Virus record (IMG/VR): IMGVR_UViG_3300038530_000302
Span: 1 to 24,999 of that record
Source of the DNA: a virus
Lineage: Duplodnaviria > Caudoviricetes
Strand: one strand, 5' to 3'
DNA length: 24,999 bases
Numbering within the stretch: the first letter of the stretch is position 1; each line of letters starts with the position of its first letter. Below the pieces are notes generated by a model. That model worked only from the letters and a program-made list of their open reading frames with translations. It had not been told where the DNA came from and did no database searches. This document shows positions 16,601 to 24,999 of the stretch, piece by piece. Made by a program: the position numbers and the translations under genes.

Positions 16601-19335
16601 CTTATAAGAACACCATCTTTATCAAAATCAGGAGTATATTTGTTGGCTCCTGCTTTTACCCAATTCTTACCCTTTTCTATATCAATACCTAAATCTAAAA
16701 GTTCTTGTTCTAAACGATCTATTTTCTTTTTGTTAACAGCATTAGGGGTAGCTTCTAGTTCTACTATTTGTTTTAAGTTACGAGTAATTAAATCTTTACC
16801 CATAGTAAAAGAAGCAAGTTGAACTGTACGAGTCCACTGTTCTAGTAAGTTTACTTTAAAGAAACCATCTTGGATTTTTCTTCCTCGTACACTTTGAACA
16901 CCCTCACCAGCTAAACTATCAATGCGTTGGGCTACTGCTTGATTAATACCAAGAAATACTCTGTGCATTTCTGCAAGAGCATCTTCTTTACTTAGTTTAT
17001 GTCTGTCTTGAAGTTCTCTAAGAGTATTTTCGCTTGAGCGTTGCACAGAAAACTTTAATGTCTGTCCCATACCTCTAGCCCAATTAGTTATACTAGTTCT
17101 AGTAAGAGGTATAAAAATCTCTGTTAAACTTGAGAGAGTAACCAAAGGTAAATGTGCTAACTGCTGACTAATTTTAACCGTATCGCTTAAAATATTTAAA
17201 CCATTCATACCAAAAGCTGATTGATCTAAACCAGTTGTAAAGTTATAAAGTTTAGCAAGCTCTTCTTTATCAGCGTTATTTAAAGTTATTCCTTTTTCAG
17301 CAAGTTCTTCAGAAGCTCGCTTTACAAAAATTTCATTAAACTCTTCTAAGTTAATGCCTAGTGTAGACTTTCTTGCATATAATCTAGAGCTTTGATTAAA
17401 ATAATCACGCATTAAAGTATCAAAATCACTAGATATAAACTTTTCAATTTCAAAGTCATCTAGCATAAATAATTTTCTAGGGCTAAATGATGAAGGCATA
17501 ACAGTGCCTAAAGTATCTATATCTAAAGTATTGACTTCATTTTTTTTACTAAGCATGTCATCAATAATTTCATTAGCTACTTTTGTTTTTTGTCCTATTA
17601 CTTCTGCTGTATTAGGTAAAGCACGTTCAATCTCTTTCTTTTCTTTAGCTACCTTTTGCATTAAAGCGCCTAATTGAAAAGAAGATACTTCATTTTCAAA
17701 CATAAGGCCATCAACAGAAACACTAACATTATATTTTCTATTTATAGCTTCTATAAAATTTTCTAAGTCTTTTTTATTTTTAGAAGATAATTGAGTTTCT
17801 AATTCTTCATAAGCATCGCTAAGCCCTATTAACTGTTGATAACGCACACGATCAGAACCTTCAGGTAATAAAGACATCATAGTAGTATCGTCTAATGATA
17901 CAGCATCAGACTTAACCATAATATCTGCTAGCTCTCTTCTGTTACCCTGTACCTCTTCCCAAGACCAACGGCGAGGGAACCAAGAGTTAATACCATTATT
18001 TAAAGGTCTACGATATACACCTACGTTTGCACCATCAGATAATACACTATTTGCAAGCTTTCTTATTTTAGAAGCTACTTTATAATGTACATCCGTAGCT
18101 CCTTCTATTTTTATTGATCCATCTTTACGGCGCATTAAACGAGAAAGAATTAACTCATCGTCTTTACTAATCTTGCCTCTAGGTGCTAAAGGACGTATAA
18201 TATCTTCATATGCCTGATGATACTTACCATTATAATTATTTAAAACAGAGTGATAATCACTTCCTAAAGGCGCAGCACCTTTACCCTTTTTAAACTTGTA
18301 GGTATCATATCTAAATGTTTGAAGCATTCTTTGTAGTGTAGGAGAAGATTCAGCTAAAGTTAAAAACCTAGTAACTGGTTTACCCACTGTTTTAGATATA
18401 ACAGCATCTTTAGCTTTAGATGCTTTAAATGCTAAACTATTTTCATCTACAAAACTTTCATCAGAAAACTTTACAAGATTATAATGTGCTTCTGTTGAAA
18501 ATTTAGTAGATACTTTAGAAAATCCTCCACCTATAGCACTACCTAAAACACCGCCTATTATAGCTGAAGTGCCTACATCGTATAAATTTAAACCATCTCT
18601 AATATCTATACCATCTATGCTTTCTCTTTCTTGACGCAAGTATTCATCTGCGCCTGCCCATGCTGCACCTTCAAGCGCACCAAACAATGCAGTGTTTCTA
18701 GTCTTATCTTTATAATATTGTTTAACAGCCTCTTGCCGCTGCATCTTACCTTTTCTTAATGTAGCTCCCCAATCAAGCTCTCCTGTAGCTTTATAAACAT
18801 CAAAAGAATCTGTATCTTTTCTTGCATATATAAGGCTTTTATCATTTTTAAAAGTTTTACCTACTTTTTTTAAACCTAACTGTGCTGCTTTAGCTAAACC
18901 TTTATTAGCAAAAAGACCTGTAGCACTTGCACCTCCAGTAAAAGGTGCAGCAATAACAGCAGCTAAAGTAAAAGGATCTGTAGCTAAATCAACACCAGCA
19001 TCTGCAACAAACCCTAAGTACTGTTTAAAACCCCCCATATCTGCATTATCAAATCTTTGACGTAGATAGGTATAATCTTTCTTTTGTTGATCTGTAAAAG
19101 AAGGCATATCTATAAGACTACGCTTAGCACTAGTACCTAAGTTCCATTCTTCATCACGCAGGTATTCATATACATCGTCTACTGCATTATCATCTTCACC
19201 AATACTGCTTAAAAATCTTTCAGCTACCCTAATATATTCAGGATCATTTTCTAAAGTATCTAAAGTATCTTTAGCACGAGAACCAATCTTAGTAGGCGTA
19301 AAACTAAAATCATATTTTTGATTTGTTTTAGTCAA
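13651..19335 (-). CDS. Large internal virion / DNA ejection protein (1894 aa, functionally T7 gp16-like)
   Basis: Size and position as the last of several large late genes before lysis. Gly/Ala-rich hydrophobic segments near the N-terminus; LFQFLGYPTAFTN segment. TTG start directly after the previous stop, with AAGGGA SD. Confidence 0.7.
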   Translation of the reverse strand: MTKTNQKYDFSFTPTKIGSRAKDTLDTLENDPEYIRVAERFLSSIGEDDNAVDDVYEYLRDEEWNLGTSAKRSLIDMPSFTDQQKKDYTYLRQRFDNADMGGFKQYLGFVADAGVDLATDPFTLAAVIAAPFTGGASATGLFANKGLAKAAQLGLKKVGKTFKNDKSLIYARKDTDSFDVYKATGELDWGATLRKGKMQRQEAVKQYYKDKTRNTALFGALEGAAWAGADEYLRQERESIDGIDIRDGLNLYDVGTSAIIGGVLGSAIGGGFSKVSTKFSTEAHYNLVKFSDESFVDENSLAFKASKAKDAVISKTVGKPVTRFLTLAESSPTLQRMLQTFRYDTYKFKKGKGAAPLGSDYHSVLNNYNGKYHQAYEDIIRPLAPRGKISKDDELILSRLMRRKDGSIKIEGATDVHYKVASKIRKLANSVLSDGANVGVYRRPLNNGINSWFPRRWSWEEVQGNRRELADIMVKSDAVSLDDTTMMSLLPEGSDRVRYQQLIGLSDAYEELETQLSSKNKKDLENFIEAINRKYNVSVSVDGLMFENEVSSFQLGALMQKVAKEKKEIERALPNTAEVIGQKTKVANEIIDDMLSKKNEVNTLDIDTLGTVMPSSFSPRKLFMLDDFEIEKFISSDFDTLMRDYFNQSSRLYARKSTLGINLEEFNEIFVKRASEELAEKGITLNNADKEELAKLYNFTTGLDQSAFGMNGLNILSDTVKISQQLAHLPLVTLSSLTEIFIPLTRTSITNWARGMGQTLKFSVQRSSENTLRELQDRHKLSKEDALAEMHRVFLGINQAVAQRIDSLAGEGVQSVRGRKIQDGFFKVNLLEQWTRTVQLASFTMGKDLITRNLKQIVELEATPNAVNKKKIDRLEQELLDLGIDIEKGKNWVKAGANKYTPDFDKDGVLIRDNITGLRKWDDFYEKQVMGGAARFTNEVILDPSKASSIRPHVQQTPIGTILFQFLGYPTAFTNTVLKNFYGQAARNPVRGGAKILSTGLLMTAAAAGTNWIRNGGNFKDYKGDEQETDDILKDAVQRWGGLGYLDFADRARENAEIGGGFLGSSVKAVTGPIVGDAVDALIYRKGPGELLATNVPGYSLYRSLPSLEDNRDLKKDIQEVGKDIDRAIGLKPPKKQQSLQAWLNTQRDYFEKARFFEGGKLDQEVPRTGLNPSQRIDRTTGISYSDQSGDILNNRQQFVGGGPIAKAIRKQGKDFFTYLDERAGEIFSSANRKDRIDAHVRESQVKTPVYLKISNNGLAIAESNPTNLGSPRGTIRTLNPFIYKGKIPTVNSFTNFLDQEDFIDQVSKTDSELAKNLKTIKKERERLPEAISRGLGFIPAQNESVMSLHPILVEKEIIEAFKSAGYDSIQHTPLNKKDFADRATVTESIRIGKDETGKAPVRTAGQRIGATATTLLEEIDKVMPGARETLAPVRGDAGLTSGVQLKVDQIPDEPLVEYEIPTKEYTDIDPRITKEMMQEEQNWVLLDDTMFLESSNIPVLDKKTYDKINSDFSDQDKIDFLEETKFSIGLSDEKFKNDIAKGPYHLITSLLPAQNDEIKYLPSKVLTIEAATPERLVKLATEINLNDEGQKTFYDSLVAQVQAREAKKENLDFTYQLEPQLYFMTEMFEGQASKYLSEDLGEALTASEMVVFIKGRGTNKPAEFLHHPLNNDIRNPIAQAFASILPPEISVKEAQDASTDYIKKVIVTEEKPYIPSEYFQFEKADEMRRAKVGKPTADDPELGIVGLKEDPELESYNPKTDRVFPATQDGKPVTVMSTSDGDFLVTRDNENAPYEFVLKNPLAPPDLKNRIEFVKTKRDITKRKKKKVRRATKAKFKTGKDATPAITQELPMLRRKTEVSESITNLPAFKEADPVQQKRIINLIEKAQDPRNR

Positions 19336-21897
19336 TTACTTATCCCTTTTAGATTTAAGATTTGCTAATACACCATCAATAATATTTCTATCAATTCCTT
19401 CTTCAATCATTTCATCTTCTACCCTTTGCAATCCTTCTTCATTAGGTGTAAAAGCTCTTAAATTCATTATTGAATTAGCAATTTGAGAAATTTCTATATC
19501 ATCATCTATCTCTTTCATTTCTTCATCAGAAATAGTAGTTGGTCTATTATCTTTTTGTGGCTTTACTTTTCTAGCTGATCTTCGAGTAGTTTCACCAAAT
19601 ATATCTCTATAAGTTTCTGTTGCCAGTTTTCCTAAATCAAAATCAGGATCTCCTTTTCCTAACTTTTCTCTAAATACTCTTTGCTCTATCTCTGCTATTC
19701 TGTCTTGTTCTGCTCTTTCTTGATCTCGTTTTTGTTGTTCACCCTCTTGTCTACTCCTCACAAAAGCCATAATTTGATCAAACTTTTCAATATTACCTGA
19801 AGCTCTAGCTTCGTTAGCTTCATCTATTAATGTTGCATTATCAAGATTTGCATTAAAAAACTGTTCTTTACCTTTATTTTCATATTCAATAAGTTTTCTT
19901 TGAACAGCATTAGCTACTTCACCTAAACTTGATGATTTAACAAGAATCCTATCAGTTTCTTCATCACGAAATGTAAAATCATCAATGTAAACATCCATTA
20001 TAATTTCTCTTTTTTGTGCTTCAGTTGGGAGCTTTCCATAGAAAAATCCCTCTTCATTTTTATTTATAGCTTCTTTAGATAAATCAAAAACTTGATTAGC
20101 AAAATGATCAAACTGAGCCATATTGACTGCATTAATACTAAGAAGGCCACCTGTTTTATCTGAAACAGCATCAGGCCCTAAAAATTTAAGATATTCATCT
20201 ACTTCATCTGTATCTAAAGTATTAAATAGTCTTTCTCTTAGTTCAGTATTGCCTCCTAATGCTTCACCTGCATAAAGTCTTACTTGAGCTGTTAATCTAC
20301 TTATATTAGCCATTTGCTCACTTTGCGAAACTTCATTAAACTTTCTAGGAGTTACAGCCCTATCCATTAACGCTGCTATCTCTTCTGGTTCAGTTATACC
20401 TTCTAAATTATTTCTAATTATGTTCTTAGCATCATCCTCAGTAAGTACAGAATTAGCCCCCAGTAAAGGATTTGTATTATTAGAAGGATCTTTATGAAAA
20501 TCATCAACATAAGCAGCAGCTAAACCTCGGGCATTAGTTACTTTTGCTAGGCTAGCTCTTTCTTCTGCAATACGACCTGCAAATTCTTCAGATGAATCAA
20601 TATAATCTATAGAAGTCTGAGCATTCATTCTCAGTCTTTGTAATTGTTTTAACCTTATTTTTTCGTCAGGCATAAGAGTTCCTGAGTCTTGTTTAACAAT
20701 TAAAGGTTGTATTTGCTCTTCAACAGAATTTATAATCCTACGAGCACCAATTAATCTATCAACTTTTTCTTCACTATAAGAAGCATATTCATTTTTTAAA
20801 GCATCATAATCTTTACTTATTTCTTCTCGTTTTTTTGCTTTTTGCTCGTTAGTTAAAGAGGGATCTGCATTAACTGCTTTTCTTGCTAAACTTTCAAATA
20901 ATGTAAGCTTAGTAGTAGCAGCAGTGCGTCCTTGATCTCCAAAAACAATAGAATTAAAAAAACTATTAAACTCTTGCATGGACATATTTGGATTTCTATG
21001 CATAACTTTTTGTAAAGCATCAGTAGCTTCTTGTTTTAAACCCGGAGCTAATTGAGTAAGAATGCCAGCATCTTCAGCAGATAAAGAAGCCCAAATACCT
21101 AAATCAGAATCTTTAACAGCTTGATAATATTCTTCAGGGGTTTGAGCACCTGTCCATTGTTCCATAGCCTCTACACCTTTTTGAATCTCGCTAGTTAAAT
21201 AACGATTACGAAAAGCTGCAATCTGCTCTTGTTGATATTGAAGTTTACGCGCTAGTTTTCCACCAACTTTACTTAGTAATCCATAATTATCAGGATCAAT
21301 AGTAATTCCTTGATCTTCTAAACTTTTTAGGTTAACATTAAATTTTTCAAAGTCAAAAGCCTGTCCTGAGCGAACATAATTAGCTTTATCCATTACAATA
21401 CTGTTATAAAGATTTTCTACAGCTTGATGACTTTCTTCATTCATACCCCAAGATGCTCTTTGATCTTCATAGTCTTGATAGTTTTTAAAGTTATGTCTAG
21501 GGATAAGATTAGGAAACTGACTAGAAACAGTAGCCCAAGCTTGATCTCCAAAAACTTTTCTAGCAGCATTTAAATTCTGTTGAGAACCTTTTGATTCATC
21601 ATCAAATTGAAAGCCTTCACTCAATAACTTATCATATTGTCCTGAAGTTTCTTTACTTCTTTTTATATGTTTAGCTGCCTCTGCTCTAATCTTAGCTAGT
21701 TCTATATTATTTTCAAAATTAGCTTCGTCCATTTTTTCACGTAGTTTATAACTTTGATAATTATCAGCTACACCTACTAACGTGGTAAGAATATCTCCAC
21801 CATATCGTTTTAAAAACGAAGGCTTACTCCTTCGTGTTTGTCCACGAATTTCATCTACAATAGAACCATAATCAAAATCTTCAATACTTGTAGCCAT
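19336..21897 (-). CDS. Probable internal virion protein (853 aa, helical)
   Basis: Long charged, helical ORF in the virion cluster; TAATG coupling. No catalytic motif recognised. Confidence 0.6.
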   Translation of the reverse strand: MATSIEDFDYGSIVDEIRGQTRRSKPSFLKRYGGDILTTLVGVADNYQSYKLREKMDEANFENNIELAKIRAEAAKHIKRSKETSGQYDKLLSEGFQFDDESKGSQQNLNAARKVFGDQAWATVSSQFPNLIPRHNFKNYQDYEDQRASWGMNEESHQAVENLYNSIVMDKANYVRSGQAFDFEKFNVNLKSLEDQGITIDPDNYGLLSKVGGKLARKLQYQQEQIAAFRNRYLTSEIQKGVEAMEQWTGAQTPEEYYQAVKDSDLGIWASLSAEDAGILTQLAPGLKQEATDALQKVMHRNPNMSMQEFNSFFNSIVFGDQGRTAATTKLTLFESLARKAVNADPSLTNEQKAKKREEISKDYDALKNEYASYSEEKVDRLIGARRIINSVEEQIQPLIVKQDSGTLMPDEKIRLKQLQRLRMNAQTSIDYIDSSEEFAGRIAEERASLAKVTNARGLAAAYVDDFHKDPSNNTNPLLGANSVLTEDDAKNIIRNNLEGITEPEEIAALMDRAVTPRKFNEVSQSEQMANISRLTAQVRLYAGEALGGNTELRERLFNTLDTDEVDEYLKFLGPDAVSDKTGGLLSINAVNMAQFDHFANQVFDLSKEAINKNEEGFFYGKLPTEAQKREIIMDVYIDDFTFRDEETDRILVKSSSLGEVANAVQRKLIEYENKGKEQFFNANLDNATLIDEANEARASGNIEKFDQIMAFVRSRQEGEQQKRDQERAEQDRIAEIEQRVFREKLGKGDPDFDLGKLATETYRDIFGETTRRSARKVKPQKDNRPTTISDEEMKEIDDDIEISQIANSIMNLRAFTPNEEGLQRVEDEMIEEGIDRNIIDGVLANLKSKRDK

Positions 21898-22523
21898 TAC
21901 ATTTTTCCTAATAAACTTGGTTCAGGAGGTGTTTCTTCTACTGATTTAGTAGGAGCTAATAAACTTTGAGTTTCAGGAATATCTAAATCTTCAATAGTAT
22001 CTATAACTTTAGAAGGTACACTACGAATATCTATACCTCCTTGTTTTCTTAAACCTTTAAACTCTACTTCTTCTTTTATAGCATTCATTACTTCATTAGC
22101 AAGTTCTCTTTGTTCTTCTTCATCTAACTCACTTTTCTCACCTTGATATATTTCATAATCTGCAAAACCTGCTCGTTCAGACAAAGCCATAAGAACTACC
22201 ATAACTGGTTCTGCTAGTAGAAGCACCATATCAGGATTAAAGTAACCTTTTCTAAAACCATCTTCTAAAAGTATCTGTGCTATTTCTGCAATGGCAAGTT
22301 CTTGAGATCCTAAAATTTCTAAAATACCTACTAATCTTTCTTCATCCCCTAAAATACTTTCAGTAATAAAATTTAATGCTTCATTTACTTTAGTAAAACG
22401 TGGAGGACTTTCCCACGGATAAGGGTTATCCACAGAATTAGTCAACGACTGTCCGGGTATTGGCCTATTAAATGGATTAACCATTTCTAAAGTCTGCTGA
22501 TCTAACAGTTGTCCTTCATCCAT
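21897..22523 (-). CDS. Acidic conserved phage protein, probably virion-associated
   Basis: PFNRPIPGQSLT...PWESPPRF and GFRKGYFNPDMVLLLAEPV motifs; lies within the virion cluster. Confidence 0.65.
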   Translation of the reverse strand: MDEGQLLDQQTLEMVNPFNRPIPGQSLTNSVDNPYPWESPPRFTKVNEALNFITESILGDEERLVGILEILGSQELAIAEIAQILLEDGFRKGYFNPDMVLLLAEPVMVVLMALSERAGFADYEIYQGEKSELDEEEQRELANEVMNAIKEEVEFKGLRKQGGIDIRSVPSKVIDTIEDLDIPETQSLLAPTKSVEETPPEPSLLGKM

Positions 22524-22526
22524 AAT

Positions 22527-23870
22527 TTAACTCACTATACCTGCTACAGAATTTAAAGAACCATATATATTACCAAATCCTGCTTTCTGCCTAATATTGT
22601 TTAAAGTAGTAAAAGGATTAGTAACATTTCCTGTAGCCATTTGATTTGAAAAATCCATTGCTACAGTTTGAGGCTGATAAGCTGTTGTAGCTCCTTGTTC
22701 AGCAAGACCTGCTGATATTGCTGCTGAATAAAGGTTTCGTCCTGCTGGCATACTAACTTCTTCAGGCCCTGCAAAAGTTCTTGCTGCAACTGTTGCTGTA
22801 TTATAAGCACCTCTACTACCTATAAAACCTGTAAGCTTTCCTTTTGTAAGTTCTCCAAGATCATAAGTCATAAATCTTTCAGCAACATTACCAGCACCGC
22901 TTAAAAGATTATCTCCTGCTTGAAAAGCTTCTTTAAAGCTAGTAAACTCTTGAACTCCCGGTAATTGTGACGAAGGAGTTAATTGTAAACTTGTCCCTGC
23001 TTCTGTTTTTAATCCTTCAGTTAAAGGCACTAATTCATCATAACGTGTTCTTACTTCAGGATTTTTTAACATATCTGCTAATTTTTTATCTGGTACTTGA
23101 AACTCTGCTACTCGCGATTCTATTGTAGGTTCTACGGCTGGTGGTCTGCTAAGCACCTCAGATTCTCTTATAAATTCCTCAACTTGAGGACTTGTTGTTG
23201 CATCTAATGTAGTTGCAGAAGGATCTTGTAATAAACTTGTGCCTTTTGGTGGTGGAGTTTTTACAACAGTTTCAACAGGTGCAGGAGTTTGAGTAAGTAC
23301 TTCTTGTGGAGTGTATCTTCTAACAACATCAGAATCTCCTGCAAATTTAGCTGTATTATTTAATGAAGATTTAAGTCCAGAATCTACGGCTGATGAAATA
23401 TTTCCTGTTCCAGTAAGATTTGCATTCTCTGCCAAAGCTCCTAGTTTACTAACAGCTTCAGCCTGACTATTTATTGCTATGTTTCCATTAGTAGTTAATT
23501 CTCTACCTAAATCTTGACTAACTTTAGCCCCTAAATCTGCACTTGCTTCCGCAGTTCTTTTAACAGCTTCTTCAGTTGCTTTTTCAGTTGCTTTTTCAGC
23601 AGCAGCTTTTGCAGCTTCTTTTGCAGCCCTTTGTTGTGCTGTAGAAACTCCTTCTTCAACAACGACTGCACTAGAACTTTGTGCAGCACTAGCAGCAGCT
23701 TGTGCTGTCCCTTGCGTTAAACCTTGATACATAGCTTTAAAAACAGCGCCTACACCAAATGCTAAAGATACCATACCAATAATTCTTCCTATTTTAGAAT
23801 TCATTATTTTCATAATACCTTTACCTAATTTTTTTAAGCCTTTTCCTATTTTCTTAAAAAATTTCTTCAT
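22527..23870 (-). CDS. Probable virion/ejection protein with cationic amphipathic N-terminus
   Basis: MKKFFKKIGKGLKKLGKGIMKIMNSKIGRIIGMVSLAFGVGAVFKAM, followed by Ala/Thr/Ser-rich low-complexity sequence. AAAGGA SD. Confidence 0.65.
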   Translation of the reverse strand: MKKFFKKIGKGLKKLGKGIMKIMNSKIGRIIGMVSLAFGVGAVFKAMYQGLTQGTAQAAASAAQSSSAVVVEEGVSTAQQRAAKEAAKAAAEKATEKATEEAVKRTAEASADLGAKVSQDLGRELTTNGNIAINSQAEAVSKLGALAENANLTGTGNISSAVDSGLKSSLNNTAKFAGDSDVVRRYTPQEVLTQTPAPVETVVKTPPPKGTSLLQDPSATTLDATTSPQVEEFIRESEVLSRPPAVEPTIESRVAEFQVPDKKLADMLKNPEVRTRYDELVPLTEGLKTEAGTSLQLTPSSQLPGVQEFTSFKEAFQAGDNLLSGAGNVAERFMTYDLGELTKGKLTGFIGSRGAYNTATVAARTFAGPEEVSMPAGRNLYSAAISAGLAEQGATTAYQPQTVAMDFSNQMATGNVTNPFTTLNNIRQKAGFGNIYGSLNSVAGIVS

Positions 23871-23909
23871 AGTAATAATAATCCTTTTGATGTAGTATTT
23901 TTAAAATTT

Positions 23910-24998
23910 TTACAGTGAAAATAATGCTTTTGATATAGCTGAACTTAGATACATACCAGTTTTGTCTCTTTTATAAGCATCAGCATCTTGACCTAAAGCT
24001 GCTACAATAATAGAAGCTCTTCTAGCTTGATCTCCTTCATAAGCTTTAAACTCATGGTCAGCTTGATCTCTCATTTCTTGCCATAAAAAAGCATTAGCTT
24101 GTTGAGTCATATTGTATGCATTCATAGAGTTTTGCATATTAACTGCATTTTCTGTAGCAGTATCTAATTCATTAGCTCTACGCCTCCAAGCAACATTAGA
24201 TGCTTCTACTGCTGCTGCATTTGTAGCATTCCATGAGTCTCTTTGAAAACTTATATTAGCATTAAATTTATTAATATCATTTGCCATAGTAGCATTAAAC
24301 TTATTAATATCTGCTGTTCTATTTGCATTTTGAGCCTTCATTGAATTCTGTTGAGAAACATTAAATTGACTCATTGCATTACTTTGTGTAGCATTAAACT
24401 GATTCATAGTAGCTGCTAAATTAGTATTAAACTGGTTAACTTGGTTTTCTGATGTAGCATTAAATTGTCTAGCTGAATTTTCAGCAGCTTGATCTGATAA
24501 CATTCTTTGTTGTTCTTGTTGAGCATTAAGAACCACTGTTTGTTGTTCAGCATTTAAATTAGCCATATCCATTTGTAAAAATGCTTGAGCATTACTTATA
24601 GCTACTTTAGTGCGTGCATCAGCATTAGCCATATCCATAGATGCCAATGCTGTAGCATTTTGTATAGTTGCTTGTTGACGAGCATTAAAATTTGTAACAG
24701 TCATAGTTTGCATAAAACGACTATTAGCTAACTCTACTTGTTGTGCTGCATTAAACTTTGTAAGATCTACATTAGCTACCATAGCTGCATTCTGAATTGC
24801 ACGTTGTTGATCTACATTAAGTTGTGCTTGATTCATCTCTGATGCAATTTTTCCTTGCAACAAATTAGTTTGCATACGAGTATTAAGATTAGCTAATTCA
24901 GTTTGTTGTGCAGCAGTAAGATTTTCTGAACTTGCTTGATTCAGAGCAGAAAGATTTGCAAGTTTTATTTGTTGATCATTACTTAAATTAGCAAGTTC
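23910..24998 (-). CDS. Q/N/A-rich hendecad-repeat virion protein, 5'-truncated at the window edge
   Basis: The frame is open from 24998 (ELANLSNDQQIKLANLSALNQ...), so ATG 24875 is internal. Clear 11-residue periodicity. Confidence 0.8.
   Translation of the reverse strand, partial: ELANLSNDQQIKLANLSALNQASSENLTAAQQTELANLNTRMQTNLLQGKIASEMNQAQLNVDQQRAIQNAAMVANVDLTKFNAAQQVELANSRFMQTMTVTNFNARQQATIQNATALASMDMANADARTKVAISNAQAFLQMDMANLNAEQQTVVLNAQQEQQRMLSDQAAENSARQFNATSENQVNQFNTNLAATMNQFNATQSNAMSQFNVSQQNSMKAQNANRTADINKFNATMANDINKFNANISFQRDSWNATNAAAVEASNVAWRRRANELDTATENAVNMQNSMNAYNMTQQANAFLWQEMRDQADHEFKAYEGDQARRASIIVAALGQDADAYKRDKTGMYLSSAISKALFSL
24257..24311. repeat. Direct repeat with 33-bp period encoding DINKFNA twice
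   Basis: TAGCATTAAATTTATTAATATC (24257-24278) and TAGCATTAAACTTATTAATATC (24290-24311), one mismatch. Confidence 0.8.
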
Positions 24999-24999
24999 C

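Noticed and set aside
15899-16822. Plus-strand ORFs inside the 1894-aa gene
   Set aside because: They are antisense shadows.
23910-24999. 33-bp periodic repeats as a CRISPR array or DGR template
   Set aside because: The repeats are in-frame degenerate coding units of a hendecad protein. There are no unique spacers and no reverse transcriptase in the window.
1-24999. Stop-codon reassignment
   Set aside because: All known genes are full length under the standard bacterial code, and TAA, TGA and TAG all serve as stops.

Overview
This is an AT-rich segment of a lytic dsDNA podovirus-type phage, probably marine. It has a T7-like replisome and two convergent gene arms, a layout reminiscent of the SIO1/cobavirus-like group; no RNA polymerase is seen in the window. 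The + arm (1-10962) carries DNA replication and nucleotide metabolism genes: a 5'-truncated SSB, a T7 gp4-like primase-helicase, a family A DNA polymerase (Tyr762 type), three nucleases, a DUF3310 protein, class Ia RNR alpha and beta separated by six small genes including a lipoprotein and a MazG-like pyrophosphatase. The - arm (24999-10954) carries late genes: five probable internal virion/ejection proteins (one with an 11-residue Q/N repeat, one with a cecropin-like N-terminus, one of 1894 aa), an M15 peptidase endolysin, a 3-TM holin, and a tightly coupled cluster of tiny K/R-rich proteins. Three small coupled ORFs missing from the ORF track were found by hand (6293-6472 +, 13119-13283 -, 11716-11805 -). 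I saw no tRNA, rRNA, CRISPR array, integrase or IS element. All family assignments come from motif recognition, not database searches.
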